IMG/VR virus record: IMGVR_UViG_3300031998_000080
Span: 832 to 64,831 of that record
DNA from: a virus
Taxonomy: Duplodnaviria > Caudoviricetes
Direction: 5' to 3' (one strand)
DNA: 64,000 nt
The translations under genes and the position numbers were made by a program. Positions 53,228-62,266 of this stretch are shown here, one piece after another. The notes below the pieces were generated by a model that made no database searches, had not been told where the DNA came from, and saw only the letters and a list, made by a program, of their open reading frames with translations. Position 1 is the stretch's first letter. Each line of letters begins with the position of its first letter.

Positions 53228-56200
53228 ATGGCAACGGTAACATACAACTGCACGGGATGCGTGGTCATCGACCGCGCTGTCATCGACGCATACAACATAC
53301 TCACATCAACGGAGGAATACGTCTCTTCCGCAGAAAGCGACCGCGCTACTGCGGAGGAGGCCAGAGTCCTTGCCGAGCAGGGGCGTGTCCAGCAGGCTTC
53401 CGACGACCACGGCGTCGCGCAGGAGGACCACCGAATCGCGGTCGCCGACCACGGTACTGCCGGTGATGACCACACCACGGCGACGGGAGACCACCGCACG
53501 GCATCCGACGACCACACCACAGCAGTGGCCGACCACGGCACGGCGAGTGACGACCATGTGGCGAGCACCTCCGCGACCGACCGTGCCAATGATGCGGCGG
53601 CGGCCGCCGAGCACATGGTGGACATTCATCAGGGCCCTCCCGGACCAGAGGGCAAACCCGCCGTCCTCGGGAACAACGGGAACTGGTGGACATGGGACGA
53701 GGACACCGAGCAGTACGTCGATACGGGTCAGCGGGCGCAAGGTCCGACTGGCGCGACGCCTAACTTCGCCATTGGCACGGTCAGCACCGGCGCCGCAGGA
53801 TCGCAAGCGGCGGCCACTATCACGGGCACTACCGACAACCCCCTGCTGAATCTCACAATCCCGCAGGGTCTCAAGGGCGACCAGGGCAACACGGGTAGTT
53901 CTGTGGACTATCCGTACGAGCTTGTGAACAACGAGACGACGGACGATGCCACGAAGGGTGCGACCGCCGCGAGCGCCAAAAGACTGAAGGACGAACTCAG
54001 TCAGTTAGAGGCCGATTTGACTGAATACGAATACGAACGAGGACAGATTGACGAGGAAAACGATGCGAAGGTTTTTGGCGGCTCTCCCGTTATTATGCCA
54101 TACGGCCTCACCAAACTGAATTGGGAACAGGCGAATCATTCCCGCAAGGTAGCATTTGAAAACGGGGAAATCGTTTTCTATGCGAGTGGGGTTGCGGGGT
54201 GTTTGGCATCACAGGCAGACGCAAACATATTCAACGAATCGAAGGCATTTCTTCAAATAGACACATCTTCCGACTTTTGGACGAACGATGCTCGGCAACT
54301 GAAACTCGATGTCGAGTATAGTTGTGGTTATGCGGCAAATCTTCGCATCTATTATCGCAAAGAAAACAATACGAATTTGGGATATACGGATGCCGCGATA
54401 CCATCGGGGACGGGAACCACAACGGTAGATGTTAGGTCTTTATTGATGACCGCCCAACCATCTTCGTATTCACACATCAACCAAATAACCGTAGGTGGAT
54501 TCTATCACCAGGGAGAAACCTACGGAACGATACAGGCAAAGACTGCCGGATTCTATTCTACCTATGTCGGTGCAATTCCGGGAGTGGAATCGGCATTGGG
54601 TGGCATCGAAGACAAGGGGAAATGGTTGGAAGAAACGAATCTTGTTTCTATCGCCACAAAGACCACCGGGAAATACGCAAAGTATGAGGATGGATATATC
54701 TATTCAACTTCTGCTTCACTTGAAACATACGAAGTTGCGGTGGATAATTATGACCAAATTATTGTGCGTGTTGCGGGAAACGGCACAACGGCGGCGGCTA
54801 TCGCTTTTTATGGGGATAATGCACCGGACAATTATTCTTATCTTGGTGGTGTTCAATCCGAATCAACAACGGGGAAATGGTTTGTCGCATCCGTTCCTGT
54901 TGGTGCGAAAACGATGGTTGTAACGAACTATTATGCGGATGTTCCTACTCCGAAAATTCTTGGACAAAGTTCCAAAGAATTTCGAGCATTGAAGGATGCG
55001 GACAATACCCCGTGGATTGACGGGACGAATCTCCTTTCCGGTGCAACGAGAACGACGCAGAAATACGCAAGATATTCCGATGGCGTATTACCGACATCGG
55101 GGGCAGCAAACGAAATCGAGGCCATCCAATTCTCCGTAGTCGGTTATGATATTATTTGGGTATATGTGGCATCCTCGGATGCAGTCCCGGCAGCGATTGC
55201 CTTCTATACTTCCGCAACTCCGGGGAGTGGTTCGTATATTAAGGGCCGTAGTGTTCAAATCAAAGCGGGATTCCATTGGTATTCCGCAATCGTTCCATCG
55301 TCTGCCGTTTGTGCGGTTGTGTCGAATAAATACGGCTATCTAATTAACCCGGTAATTATGGGGGGCAAGGCAGAACCGATGAAACTTCTTTCGGAAACAG
55401 GAGAAGGGATGGCAAAAAAGACATCCTATTCCGGTCTTGCTCTCAATAAATTATTCTACCACCACATCAATGTGGAAGTGGAGAGTGCCTATACAACCAT
55501 CCCTTCGCAGTCCTTAATGGATATTCGATATGCAAAGGAACTTGGTTTCGATTTCATCGAGGCGAATGTGCAGAAGTGTTCGGACGATGTATATGTAGTT
55601 AAGCACGGAAACAACGGGACATTGGGTGCGGGTGTGAAACTGATTGGCGGTGGCGATTGTTCTACGGTGCGTTTTGACGAAGTGACGAGCACCTGGCTAC
55701 GGGAAAATGTAGTTTACGATTCCACGATTGCGAAGGACTGCGTTTCTATTCCTACATTGGAGGAGTTCTGCAAGGAAGCAAAAAACCTCAATATAGGTAT
55801 CCTTGTCGCCGGATATACGAACGCAGACGATGTTCTTCCCATCGTTCGTAAGTATCTCCCGGACGAAAAGACGGTCTTTCTTGGACTGACCGAACGAGGG
55901 GACTATAAGGGTATGATTTCGGTATGGGAAAGTATCTCGTCCGTGGATGATGCGGTGGCATTTGTCGAACGGTATGGATTGCCGTTTGAACTTGGATGGA
56001 ATATAAGTTCATACCTCGGTGCGACACAAACCCTCATAGATTCCGTGGTCGCAAAGATGCACGAAATGGGTGCGTTGGTTGGTACTGCGTATGTAAATGC
56101 GACAAACGCAAAGAAGGCAAAGGAAGATGGACTCGATTTCCTCGGCTCTACTTATAAGGTGACGAATCCTTCCTTGATTGGAAATCTACACAACATCAAG

Positions 56201-56542
56201 AAGATGAACGATTCGGCATTGGTGTTGAGTTCCGGGGCCTCATACGATTCCGCGGCGGACAAGATAACAATGTCGAACGGTGCGACCATCACCCTTCCCA
56301 ATACGGGACACGATTCCGACTTCGTGAAAATGAGTCTGTCAGTCCGGCACACGGGAACCATCAACATCTTGGTCGCAGGGTTGGATATGGTGAGTTATTC
56401 CCTCTATAACCAAACTGGTGATGGAATGGGTACAATTGACCTTTCAAGTGTTATCGAAATGAGCCCTACGATTGTGCAGATTGTGGCGGTTGGCTCTGCC
56501 GAAATTTTGGAGTTATCCATCGTTACTTCTTTGGTTATGTAA
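53228..56542 (+). CDS. Tail fibre/spike with His-heptad coiled coil, collagen-like hinge, two internal repeats and a GDPD-like domain
   Basis: xxAxxDH x8; QGPPGPEGK; repeats near 54620 and 55010; AKELGFDFIEANVQKCSDDVYVVKH and IPTLEEFC. Confidence 0.8.
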   Translation: MATVTYNCTGCVVIDRAVIDAYNILTSTEEYVSSAESDRATAEEARVLAEQGRVQQASDDHGVAQEDHRIAVADHGTAGDDHTTATGDHRTASDDHTTAVADHGTASDDHVASTSATDRANDAAAAAEHMVDIHQGPPGPEGKPAVLGNNGNWWTWDEDTEQYVDTGQRAQGPTGATPNFAIGTVSTGAAGSQAAATITGTTDNPLLNLTIPQGLKGDQGNTGSSVDYPYELVNNETTDDATKGATAASAKRLKDELSQLEADLTEYEYERGQIDEENDAKVFGGSPVIMPYGLTKLNWEQANHSRKVAFENGEIVFYASGVAGCLASQADANIFNESKAFLQIDTSSDFWTNDARQLKLDVEYSCGYAANLRIYYRKENNTNLGYTDAAIPSGTGTTTVDVRSLLMTAQPSSYSHINQITVGGFYHQGETYGTIQAKTAGFYSTYVGAIPGVESALGGIEDKGKWLEETNLVSIATKTTGKYAKYEDGYIYSTSASLETYEVAVDNYDQIIVRVAGNGTTAAAIAFYGDNAPDNYSYLGGVQSESTTGKWFVASVPVGAKTMVVTNYYADVPTPKILGQSSKEFRALKDADNTPWIDGTNLLSGATRTTQKYARYSDGVLPTSGAANEIEAIQFSVVGYDIIWVYVASSDAVPAAIAFYTSATPGSGSYIKGRSVQIKAGFHWYSAIVPSSAVCAVVSNKYGYLINPVIMGGKAEPMKLLSETGEGMAKKTSYSGLALNKLFYHHINVEVESAYTTIPSQSLMDIRYAKELGFDFIEANVQKCSDDVYVVKHGNNGTLGAGVKLIGGGDCSTVRFDEVTSTWLRENVVYDSTIAKDCVSIPTLEEFCKEAKNLNIGILVAGYTNADDVLPIVRKYLPDEKTVFLGLTERGDYKGMISVWESISSVDDAVAFVERYGLPFELGWNISSYLGATQTLIDSVVAKMHEMGALVGTAYVNATNAKKAKEDGLDFLGSTYKVTNPSLIGNLHNIKKMNDSALVLSSGASYDSAADKITMSNGATITLPNTGHDSDFVKMSLSVRHTGTINILVAGLDMVSYSLYNQTGDGMGTIDLSSVIEMSPTIVQIVAVGSAEILELSIVTSLVM

Positions 56543-56544
56543 TA

Positions 56545-56553
56545 CGGCCCTAA
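56545..56553 (+). repeat. Cassette-junction motif CGGCCCTAA
   Basis: Begins 2 nt after the tail fibre stop codon. Confidence 0.9.
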
Positions 56554-56565
56554 TTAATAGAAATT

Positions 56566-56706
56566 ATGACATTACAAGTAATAAAAGCCAAAGCCAAAGC
56601 CATTCTTTTAAGTGACAATCTCGACTTCCGGGATTACTATGATTTCGTGGAAGAACTTGCTGAAATGGACATCGAAACCGAGCTAAATCCGGCCCTAATT
56701 GATTGA
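56566..56706 (+). CDS. Small cassette protein (MTLQVIKAKAKAILL..., 46 aa) ending inside the next motif
   Basis: Hand translation; reads through CCG GCC CTA ATT GAT and stops at the motif's last TGA. Confidence 0.6.
   Translation: MTLQVIKAKAKAILLSDNLDFRDYYDFVEELAEMDIETELNPALID
56690..56698 (+). repeat. Cassette-junction motif CGGCCCTAA followed by TTGATTGAGAT-ATG
   Basis: Exact match. Confidence 0.9.
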
Positions 56707-56709
56707 GAT

Positions 56710-56916
56710 ATGACTGAAAAAGAAACAAAGATTTTGACGGACTTGGTGGAAAAGTTCGGATTGTATGAGGATGAATGTAGCAACGAAATACATTTCCTCG
56801 CAGAACATAACTTCAATATCCAAAAGGAAGTTGTGGACTTCAAAAGACAGGCATTTCACACCTGTTATCGTGAGTTGCGGAATGTGGTGGAACACCTACA
56901 AAGTAAACAAGAATAA
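56710..56916 (+). CDS. Small cassette protein
   Basis: 68 aa, ATG 11 nt after motif. Confidence 0.7.
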   Translation: MTEKETKILTDLVEKFGLYEDECSNEIHFLAEHNFNIQKEVVDFKRQAFHTCYRELRNVVEHLQSKQE

Positions 56917-56931
56917 TTCTATACCAACTTT

Positions 56932-57090
56932 ATGAAAGTCGTTCATTTTACCTTCGCCATCGAAACGCCAGATGCCATCCACCCGGAGGTGGTGGCAGAA
57001 GAACTGCTGAACATCTTCGACCCGTTCGGGGAAGATGGGAAACTGCACGGAACAATTATCGAAGTTAAGTCCGAAGATTGGAACAAGTAA
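56932..57090 (+). CDS. Small cassette protein (MKVVHFTFAIETP..., 52 aa), paralog of 67..258
   Basis: Hand translation and alignment by eye. Confidence 0.7.
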   Translation: MKVVHFTFAIETPDAIHPEVVAEELLNIFDPFGEDGKLHGTIIEVKSEDWNK

Positions 57091-57098
57091 GCCACTCT

Positions 57099-57119
57099 CT
57101 GCCCTAATCGACTGACTTG
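57099..57119 (+). repeat. Variant terminal motif CTGCCCTAATCGACTGACTT
   Basis: Shares GCCCTAAT.GACTGACTT with 63528..63547. Confidence 0.7.
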
Positions 57120-57197
57120 GGAACGCCGAAAACCGCGGGTGTACGGCGCGGCGAGTAGGCTTCCCTCTTAATAAACACACATAAAAGGCAAAGGAAT

Positions 57198-57752
57198 ATG
57201 CAACGCATTTTGCAGAGCATCTGGCTCAAACAAATGGACATCGTGCAGAGTCCGGGCGGGTGGTTTGCCGGCCTCGGCCTGTTCGTGTTGGAAGCGCTGA
57301 CGGGTGGGAAGCTCGTCATCTACACGGTGGTCATTGCGTCCATCATCGACCTGGCCTGCGGCATCGCGGTAAGCCAGAAGAAGAAGCAGTTCACCTTGTC
57401 GGAACTGATGCGGAACACGGTAGAGAAACTCGCCGTGTACGGAGCCGTACTCCTCGCGTTCCTGTGCCTCGACAAGGTCATCTCGGCAGACACCACGCTC
57501 GACATAGCCATCACATCCGGCCTCGTCGGAGCCGTGATTACCATGTCGGAGGCGTGGTCGTTCTCGGCGTCTCTCCTTATCTTGTTCCCGAAGAACTCGT
57601 TCCTGCGCCTAATGCAGAAGGCGCTGACCGGCGAGATCGCGAAGAAACTCGGTTGCGAGCCGGAGGAGGTGGAGGCAATCCTCAAGACCTACCGCGACAA
57701 GAAGCCTCAGCCCCGCAACGAGAAGGGGCAGTTCGTTAGCAAGAAGAAATGA
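57198..57752 (+). CDS. Holin (phage holin 4-like)
   Basis: Several TM segments, IIDLACGIAVS, EAWSFSASL; precedes the endolysin. Confidence 0.75.
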   Translation: MQRILQSIWLKQMDIVQSPGGWFAGLGLFVLEALTGGKLVIYTVVIASIIDLACGIAVSQKKKQFTLSELMRNTVEKLAVYGAVLLAFLCLDKVISADTTLDIAITSGLVGAVITMSEAWSFSASLLILFPKNSFLRLMQKALTGEIAKKLGCEPEEVEAILKTYRDKKPQPRNEKGQFVSKKK

Positions 57753-58339
57753 GAATCCTCGTAGACAACGGCCACGGGACCAGAAACTTCACGGCTGGGA
57801 AGCGTGCCCCCGACAACTCGCTGTACGAAGGCGAATGGGCGAGGGAGGTCGCTTGCATGATATGCGACCTTCTCCAAGCCGAGGGGTACGACGCAAGACT
57901 GCTCGTCCCGGAGGAAAGGGATATCCCACTCTCCACACGGGTCGCCCGTGCGAACAAGCACGACAAGAAGTCCACCATTCTCATTTCAATCCATATCAAC
58001 GCCGCCGGAAGCGACGGGAAATGGAGGAAGGCACGCGGGTGGAGGATATTCACCACCCGTGGAATTACGGAGGCGGACACACTCGCCGAACAGATATGGC
58101 AGTCCGCCAAGTCTACGTTCAAGTCTCCGCTGACCGTCGGATCGTATTCCAACCAGGAGTACGGGCACGACTGGGAGAACGACTTTTACATCATCAAGAA
58201 GTCCTACATGCCGGCAGTCCTGATTGAAAATTTCTTCATGGATAACAAGGAGGACTGCGAGTACCTGAAAACCCCTCTTGCAAAGGCTACCTGCGCCGAG
58301 GTTGTCGTCGCCGGCGTGAAGAATTATTTGAGAGGATAA
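57749..58339 (+). CDS. Endolysin, N-acetylmuramoyl-L-alanine amidase (Amidase_3)
   Basis: ILVDNGHG, YEGEWAR, ISIHINAA, PAVLIENFFMDN. Confidence 0.93.
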   Translation: MRILVDNGHGTRNFTAGKRAPDNSLYEGEWAREVACMICDLLQAEGYDARLLVPEERDIPLSTRVARANKHDKKSTILISIHINAAGSDGKWRKARGWRIFTTRGITEADTLAEQIWQSAKSTFKSPLTVGSYSNQEYGHDWENDFYIIKKSYMPAVLIENFFMDNKEDCEYLKTPLAKATCAEVVVAGVKNYLRG

Positions 58340-58362
58340 TCTCTTAACTCTATACCAACGCC

Positions 58363-58752
58363 ATGAAGGTCTTTATATCGGTTCTTCTCTACCTCTGGCA
58401 ACTCCCGCAGAATCTGCTGGGGCTGTTCCTCGTCCTCTTCCTGCGTCCCGAGTTCCACATTGACTTCCGCACCTCCCGCATCTACTACTCGACGGAAATG
58501 CGTGGCGGTATCTCCCTCGGAAGGTACATCATACTGCGGGACACATACTGGGAGAAGGAAGGGGATTCCGAACTGCACGAATACGGGCACGGCAGGCAGT
58601 CCCTTTTCCTCGGCCCGCTCTATCTGTTCGTGATAGGGATTCCGTCAATCCTATGGGCGGCGTGGTGGAACGAGGACAGGGGCGTGTCCTACTATTCGTT
58701 CTACACCGAACGCTGGGCCGACCTTCTGGGCGGAGTGAACAGATGCGAGTAA
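58363..58752 (+). CDS. Membrane protein with HEYGH zincin-like motif
   Basis: WQLPQNLLG, GGISLGRYI, LHEYGHGRQS, FYTERWAD. Confidence 0.7.
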   Translation: MKVFISVLLYLWQLPQNLLGLFLVLFLRPEFHIDFRTSRIYYSTEMRGGISLGRYIILRDTYWEKEGDSELHEYGHGRQSLFLGPLYLFVIGIPSILWAAWWNEDRGVSYYSFYTERWADLLGGVNRCE

Positions 58753-58753
58753 G

Positions 58754-59164
58754 ATGAAGCGGATCGTGCTCATACTCGCAGTCCTCATCCTCTCGCTGAC
58801 GGGGTGTTCCCGCAAGATTATCGAGAAGGTTGTGTACCAGCACGACACCACTTTCGTAAACCGCAGGGACTCCCTTTATTTCCGCGACTCCATTTACGTC
58901 AAGGAATACGTCAAGGGCGACACAGTGTACATAGAGAAATTCAAGGACCGCTACGTCTATAAGGACCGTTGGCGTGACAGCATCGTTACGAAGGTGGATT
59001 CCGTGGCCGTGGAACGTATAAAGGAAGTCAAGGTAGATAAACCCTTGTCTTTTTGGCAGAGGCTCAAAATCGGCTCATTCTGGTGGCTTCTCATAGGGCT
59101 CGCCGGCTGTCTCGCATGGATATTCCGCAAGCCGATTCTTGCTTTGATACGGAAATTCATTTAA
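58754..59164 (+). CDS. Spanin-like lipoprotein with C-terminal TM (u-spanin topology)
   Basis: Lipobox LTGC, beta-rich middle, C-terminal hydrophobic helix. Confidence 0.7.
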   Translation: MKRIVLILAVLILSLTGCSRKIIEKVVYQHDTTFVNRRDSLYFRDSIYVKEYVKGDTVYIEKFKDRYVYKDRWRDSIVTKVDSVAVERIKEVKVDKPLSFWQRLKIGSFWWLLIGLAGCLAWIFRKPILALIRKFI

Positions 59165-59365
59165 ACTATACCCGCCGGCGTCCGATGATTATGTCGGAAG
59201 TATGATTCTGACAAAGGCGGGGTCCTCATACGGGGGTATGAAAAAGCCCTCGGACCAATATTGTAATGTAGCACCACCCACATTTACAACGATTCCCGCA
59301 AGCGAGAGTCCAAGGGCAAGAGTCCTTACTCGTTTGCGGGTAAGTTGTATGTGGATGGTGCATTA

Positions 59366-59396
59366 CAAATATACGAAATCATGCCTGAAAATCAAA
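59366..59396 (-). promoter_or_regulatory. Antisense Bacteroidota promoter pointing toward the lysis genes
   Basis: TTTG-N19-TATATTTG on the minus strand. Confidence 0.55.
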
Positions 59397-59626
59397 ACTT
59401 TGCGAAACAAATTATTCTTGAGTTCCTCGATTTTATCCGATACAAGATAGAGAACGACAAACTTACGTTGGAGGAAGCGGAGTCCATAGCGAAAACCATC
59501 CAGTGCAACATGTCGCTAACTGGCACCGCCGGAGACGTGATAGCGTCCCCGACCAACCTCAAGGACTGCTGCTCAATCACAAACGCAGTGTCCCTCGTCG
59601 GATCGTTCAACCTCGCCACCGCGTAA
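59381..59626 (+). CDS. Hypothetical protein (MPENQNFAKQII...)
   Basis: ORF track; start at MPENQ. Confidence 0.6.
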   Translation: MPENQNFAKQIILEFLDFIRYKIENDKLTLEEAESIAKTIQCNMSLTGTAGDVIASPTNLKDCCSITNAVSLVGSFNLATA

Positions 59627-59979
59627 TGATTACGGAGGCCGCGCTCATCACGGCGAGCTGTGTCCTTTTCGTGCAAATGGGTCTATCCGGCGCGATACAG
59701 GACGTGGTCGGATTCCGTTCGGAGATTCTCTCATGCCCGAAATGCAGTACATTCTGGTCCGTTTTGGTGTACCTGCTCGTCACGGGGAGCGGAATCGTCG
59801 TATCGGTTGCGGTCTCCTTCCTTTCATCCTATTCCGCATTGTGGCTTTCGTTACTGTATGACGCCCTTGCGAAACTATACAACGACTGCTATGAAGCAAT
59901 ATACGAAACCGATGACGCCTCCGCGGATGCCGAAGCCGGTGCCGATGGTTCCGAGACCGCAACCGATGAGGTGTCCTAA
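59626..59979 (+). CDS. Membrane protein with CPKC motif
   Basis: TAATG-coupled start; hydrophobic segments. Confidence 0.65.
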   Translation: MITEAALITASCVLFVQMGLSGAIQDVVGFRSEILSCPKCSTFWSVLVYLLVTGSGIVVSVAVSFLSSYSALWLSLLYDALAKLYNDCYEAIYETDDASADAEAGADGSETATDEVS

Positions 59980-60489
59980 ATGCAGATGAACATGAATCTC
60001 TATGAATTAACCAAGAAGTACGGGGACGGGAAAGGGGAGGACACCATGTGGGCCACCCTCGCCATTGTCTCCGACGCCGTCGAGGCCGTTATGACCGAGC
60101 CGGAGAAGGACTCCCTCGCCCGAAAGGTTTACGGCGTCATGTCCGGCAAGCACTACAACGAGGAATTCGCCCGTCAGGATGTCTCCAAGATGTACTACGT
60201 GGACAGGAAGGGCGAGAGGCATTTCGGACCGTATTGGTCGGACGACGCCATCCGCTCTCTCTACAAGCAGTACAAGGACGAGATACCCAAGTACAACTGC
60301 TGGGACTTCGCGGTCGTGATGAACATGATAAAGTCCGACTACTGCCCGCTTCTTTCCGAGTGGTTCCCTGACGACAACGAGGAAATGAAAAACGAAAGGA
60401 TCGTCCGCCTTGCACTCAACTGGCTCAAGGACGAGGATAACCCTTTCGGTTACACGAAGGCGTGGAGTTATTTCAATTCGAAGGACTGA
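59980..60489 (+). CDS. Hypothetical protein
   Basis: 169 aa; YNCWDFAVVMNMIKSDY motif. Confidence 0.75.
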   Translation: MQMNMNLYELTKKYGDGKGEDTMWATLAIVSDAVEAVMTEPEKDSLARKVYGVMSGKHYNEEFARQDVSKMYYVDRKGERHFGPYWSDDAIRSLYKQYKDEIPKYNCWDFAVVMNMIKSDYCPLLSEWFPDDNEEMKNERIVRLALNWLKDEDNPFGYTKAWSYFNSKD

Positions 60490-60955
60490 GCGCCCCGAGA
60501 ATCTCCTCGAATTTCCTGAACATCTCCGTCTCTGCCTTGTATGCGCCAGGGACGGAGAGCGCGTTCTCCTTCCTCTCTACGAGGTGCATGACGGATGCGT
60601 GGTTGCGTCCCATCATCCGTCCTATGTCGGTGTAGGAGTATTCCTCCTTGTGCAGTTGGTACGCCACGAAGGAACGTATGGTGGTGGCGACTGAATCCCG
60701 TCCTTCGTTGAGCTTGACACCGACAGCCTGCTCGGCGGCGGCGAGCACCTCGGCGTATCTCTCGGCTATCGGGGTCGGGCAGTTGTATCTCTCCCGCAGT
60801 CGGCGGAGTACCTCCCTGAAGCAGTCCTTCGTGCTTGACGACCATTCGGGGAACGTACCGTCCCCTCTGTCGAGTTCTGATAACACACGGCTGGAGTCAA
60901 TGTATATCTCCTGCACCTCGTCCCATGTCAGCAGGGTCAGCACGCATTGTTTCAT
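60473..60955 (-). CDS. Protein with N-terminal LTW domain and C-terminal DnaA-domain-IV-like HTH
   Basis: YSYTDIGRMMGRNHASVMHLV. Confidence 0.65.
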   Translation of the reverse strand: MKQCVLTLLTWDEVQEIYIDSSRVLSELDRGDGTFPEWSSSTKDCFREVLRRLRERYNCPTPIAERYAEVLAAAEQAVGVKLNEGRDSVATTIRSFVAYQLHKEEYSYTDIGRMMGRNHASVMHLVERKENALSVPGAYKAETEMFRKFEEILGALSPSN

Positions 60956-61191
60956 AGCTGGCCCTCCCGTTCCTTCTCTATGGATTCCTTCGCCCGACGG
61001 AGTTCCGCCCACTGCATCTTGAGGGTTTCTTCTTCGGCGGCGATGCGGTTGGCACGCCCGTCAAGGTGGATGGTCATCTTGTCCAGTTCTTCCTCCCACT
61101 CGTCGAGCTCTTCCGAGCGGTAGAACACCCATGCGATTCCGAGGATGACAATTATTGCTATGATTGCGAGCATTGCGTAAATGATAATCAT
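60952..61191 (-). CDS. Small membrane-anchored coiled-coil protein
   Basis: N-terminal TM plus acidic coiled coil. Confidence 0.7.
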   Translation of the reverse strand: MIIIYAMLAIIAIIVILGIAWVFYRSEELDEWEEELDKMTIHLDGRANRIAAEEETLKMQWAELRRAKESIEKEREGQL

Positions 61192-61193
61192 GG

Positions 61194-61604
61194 CTATTTG
61201 CGGAGATAGAAGTTAGACAGCAGTTGCTCGTCCACGATTCCGTCTGCCGGCTGTTCGCGGACGAACTTGAAGATTTTATCAACGACCTCCTGGTCTACGG
61301 ATCGGTCGGCAAACAGAAGTATCAGCCGTGCGAGTTCATTCGCTTCCTCCTGCCATATCTGGATGTTCTTGTAGTTGTGAGCGGAGTCTACCTCGAAGAT
61401 ATCTTGCATCAGCATGTCTTGAAGGTAGCACGCATCACGGACGGCTTTGGTGTACCGCGTGAACACCTGCTTCTTCTCACGTTTGAACGCTTCCCGATTC
61501 TTTGCCATGAGCCACTCGTTGTTGCGGAGGATGAGGTCCATTGCGATGCTCATCATATAGAGTGCATTCACCTCAAGTGAACATTGCTTTAAGGTCTTTT
61601 CCAT
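61194..61604 (-). CDS. Hypothetical protein
   Basis: ORF track. Confidence 0.7.
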   Translation of the reverse strand: MEKTLKQCSLEVNALYMMSIAMDLILRNNEWLMAKNREAFKREKKQVFTRYTKAVRDACYLQDMLMQDIFEVDSAHNYKNIQIWQEEANELARLILLFADRSVDQEVVDKIFKFVREQPADGIVDEQLLSNFYLRK

Positions 61605-62266
61605 GGGTTAGTCTTTCTGTGGCATTTAACATTGACGGGAGTTGATACGGCCTTTTCCGGCGTCCATCCGTAGGCGAAGATTCGGTAATAGATTGTTCTA
61701 TATGGCAGACCAACAATATCGGAAACCTCGGAAATCGTTTTCATTTCTCCGTTGTACTCTATCCGAACATTTCTCCGAGTGTTGTTCCCCTGCTCTTTTG
61801 CCGTTGCCCATCTACAATTCGACGGCTCGTAATTACCATTGATATCGATACGGTCTATCGAATGATTCTTCGACGGACATTCTCCCATGTCCTCAAGGAA
61901 ATTCTCGAAAGAGTGCACCCATCTGTCGCATACAATGATACCGCGACCGCCATAGTTTTTATACTCGACATAAGACGGAGTATTGCACCTCTGCTTCATG
62001 GCGCACCAAATGTTGTACGTCCTCGTTTTGGAACGTCCGTGTGTGATATTCCTATCCATGAGAACGTCCATTTTGAGACAGCCGCATGACTTTGTCTGCC
62101 CGCATGACAGCAAAGAGCCACATACGTCTTTTTCTGTTCCACAATCGCACAGACAGCGGTAGCTCTTCCTTTTGTGTTCATCTTTTGCAGGCCCGATGAC
62201 GACAAGCCTTCCGAAACGATCTCCGAGTTTAATCTTCCGTCTCGGCTTCAGTGCTTTCTCATTCAT
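61589..62266 (-). CDS. Free-standing HNH homing endonuclease
   Basis: GDRFGRLVV, CLCDCG, KSCGC, YGGRGI, SIDRIDINGNYEPSNCRWAT motifs. Confidence 0.9.
   Translation of the reverse strand: MNEKALKPRRKIKLGDRFGRLVVIGPAKDEHKRKSYRCLCDCGTEKDVCGSLLSCGQTKSCGCLKMDVLMDRNITHGRSKTRTYNIWCAMKQRCNTPSYVEYKNYGGRGIIVCDRWVHSFENFLEDMGECPSKNHSIDRIDINGNYEPSNCRWATAKEQGNNTRRNVRIEYNGEMKTISEVSDIVGLPYRTIYYRIFAYGWTPEKAVSTPVNVKCHRKTNPWKRP

Noticed and set aside
53228-56542. Diversity-generating retroelement targeting the tail fibre
   Set aside because: No reverse transcriptase ORF and no template/variable repeat pair differing at adenines was seen
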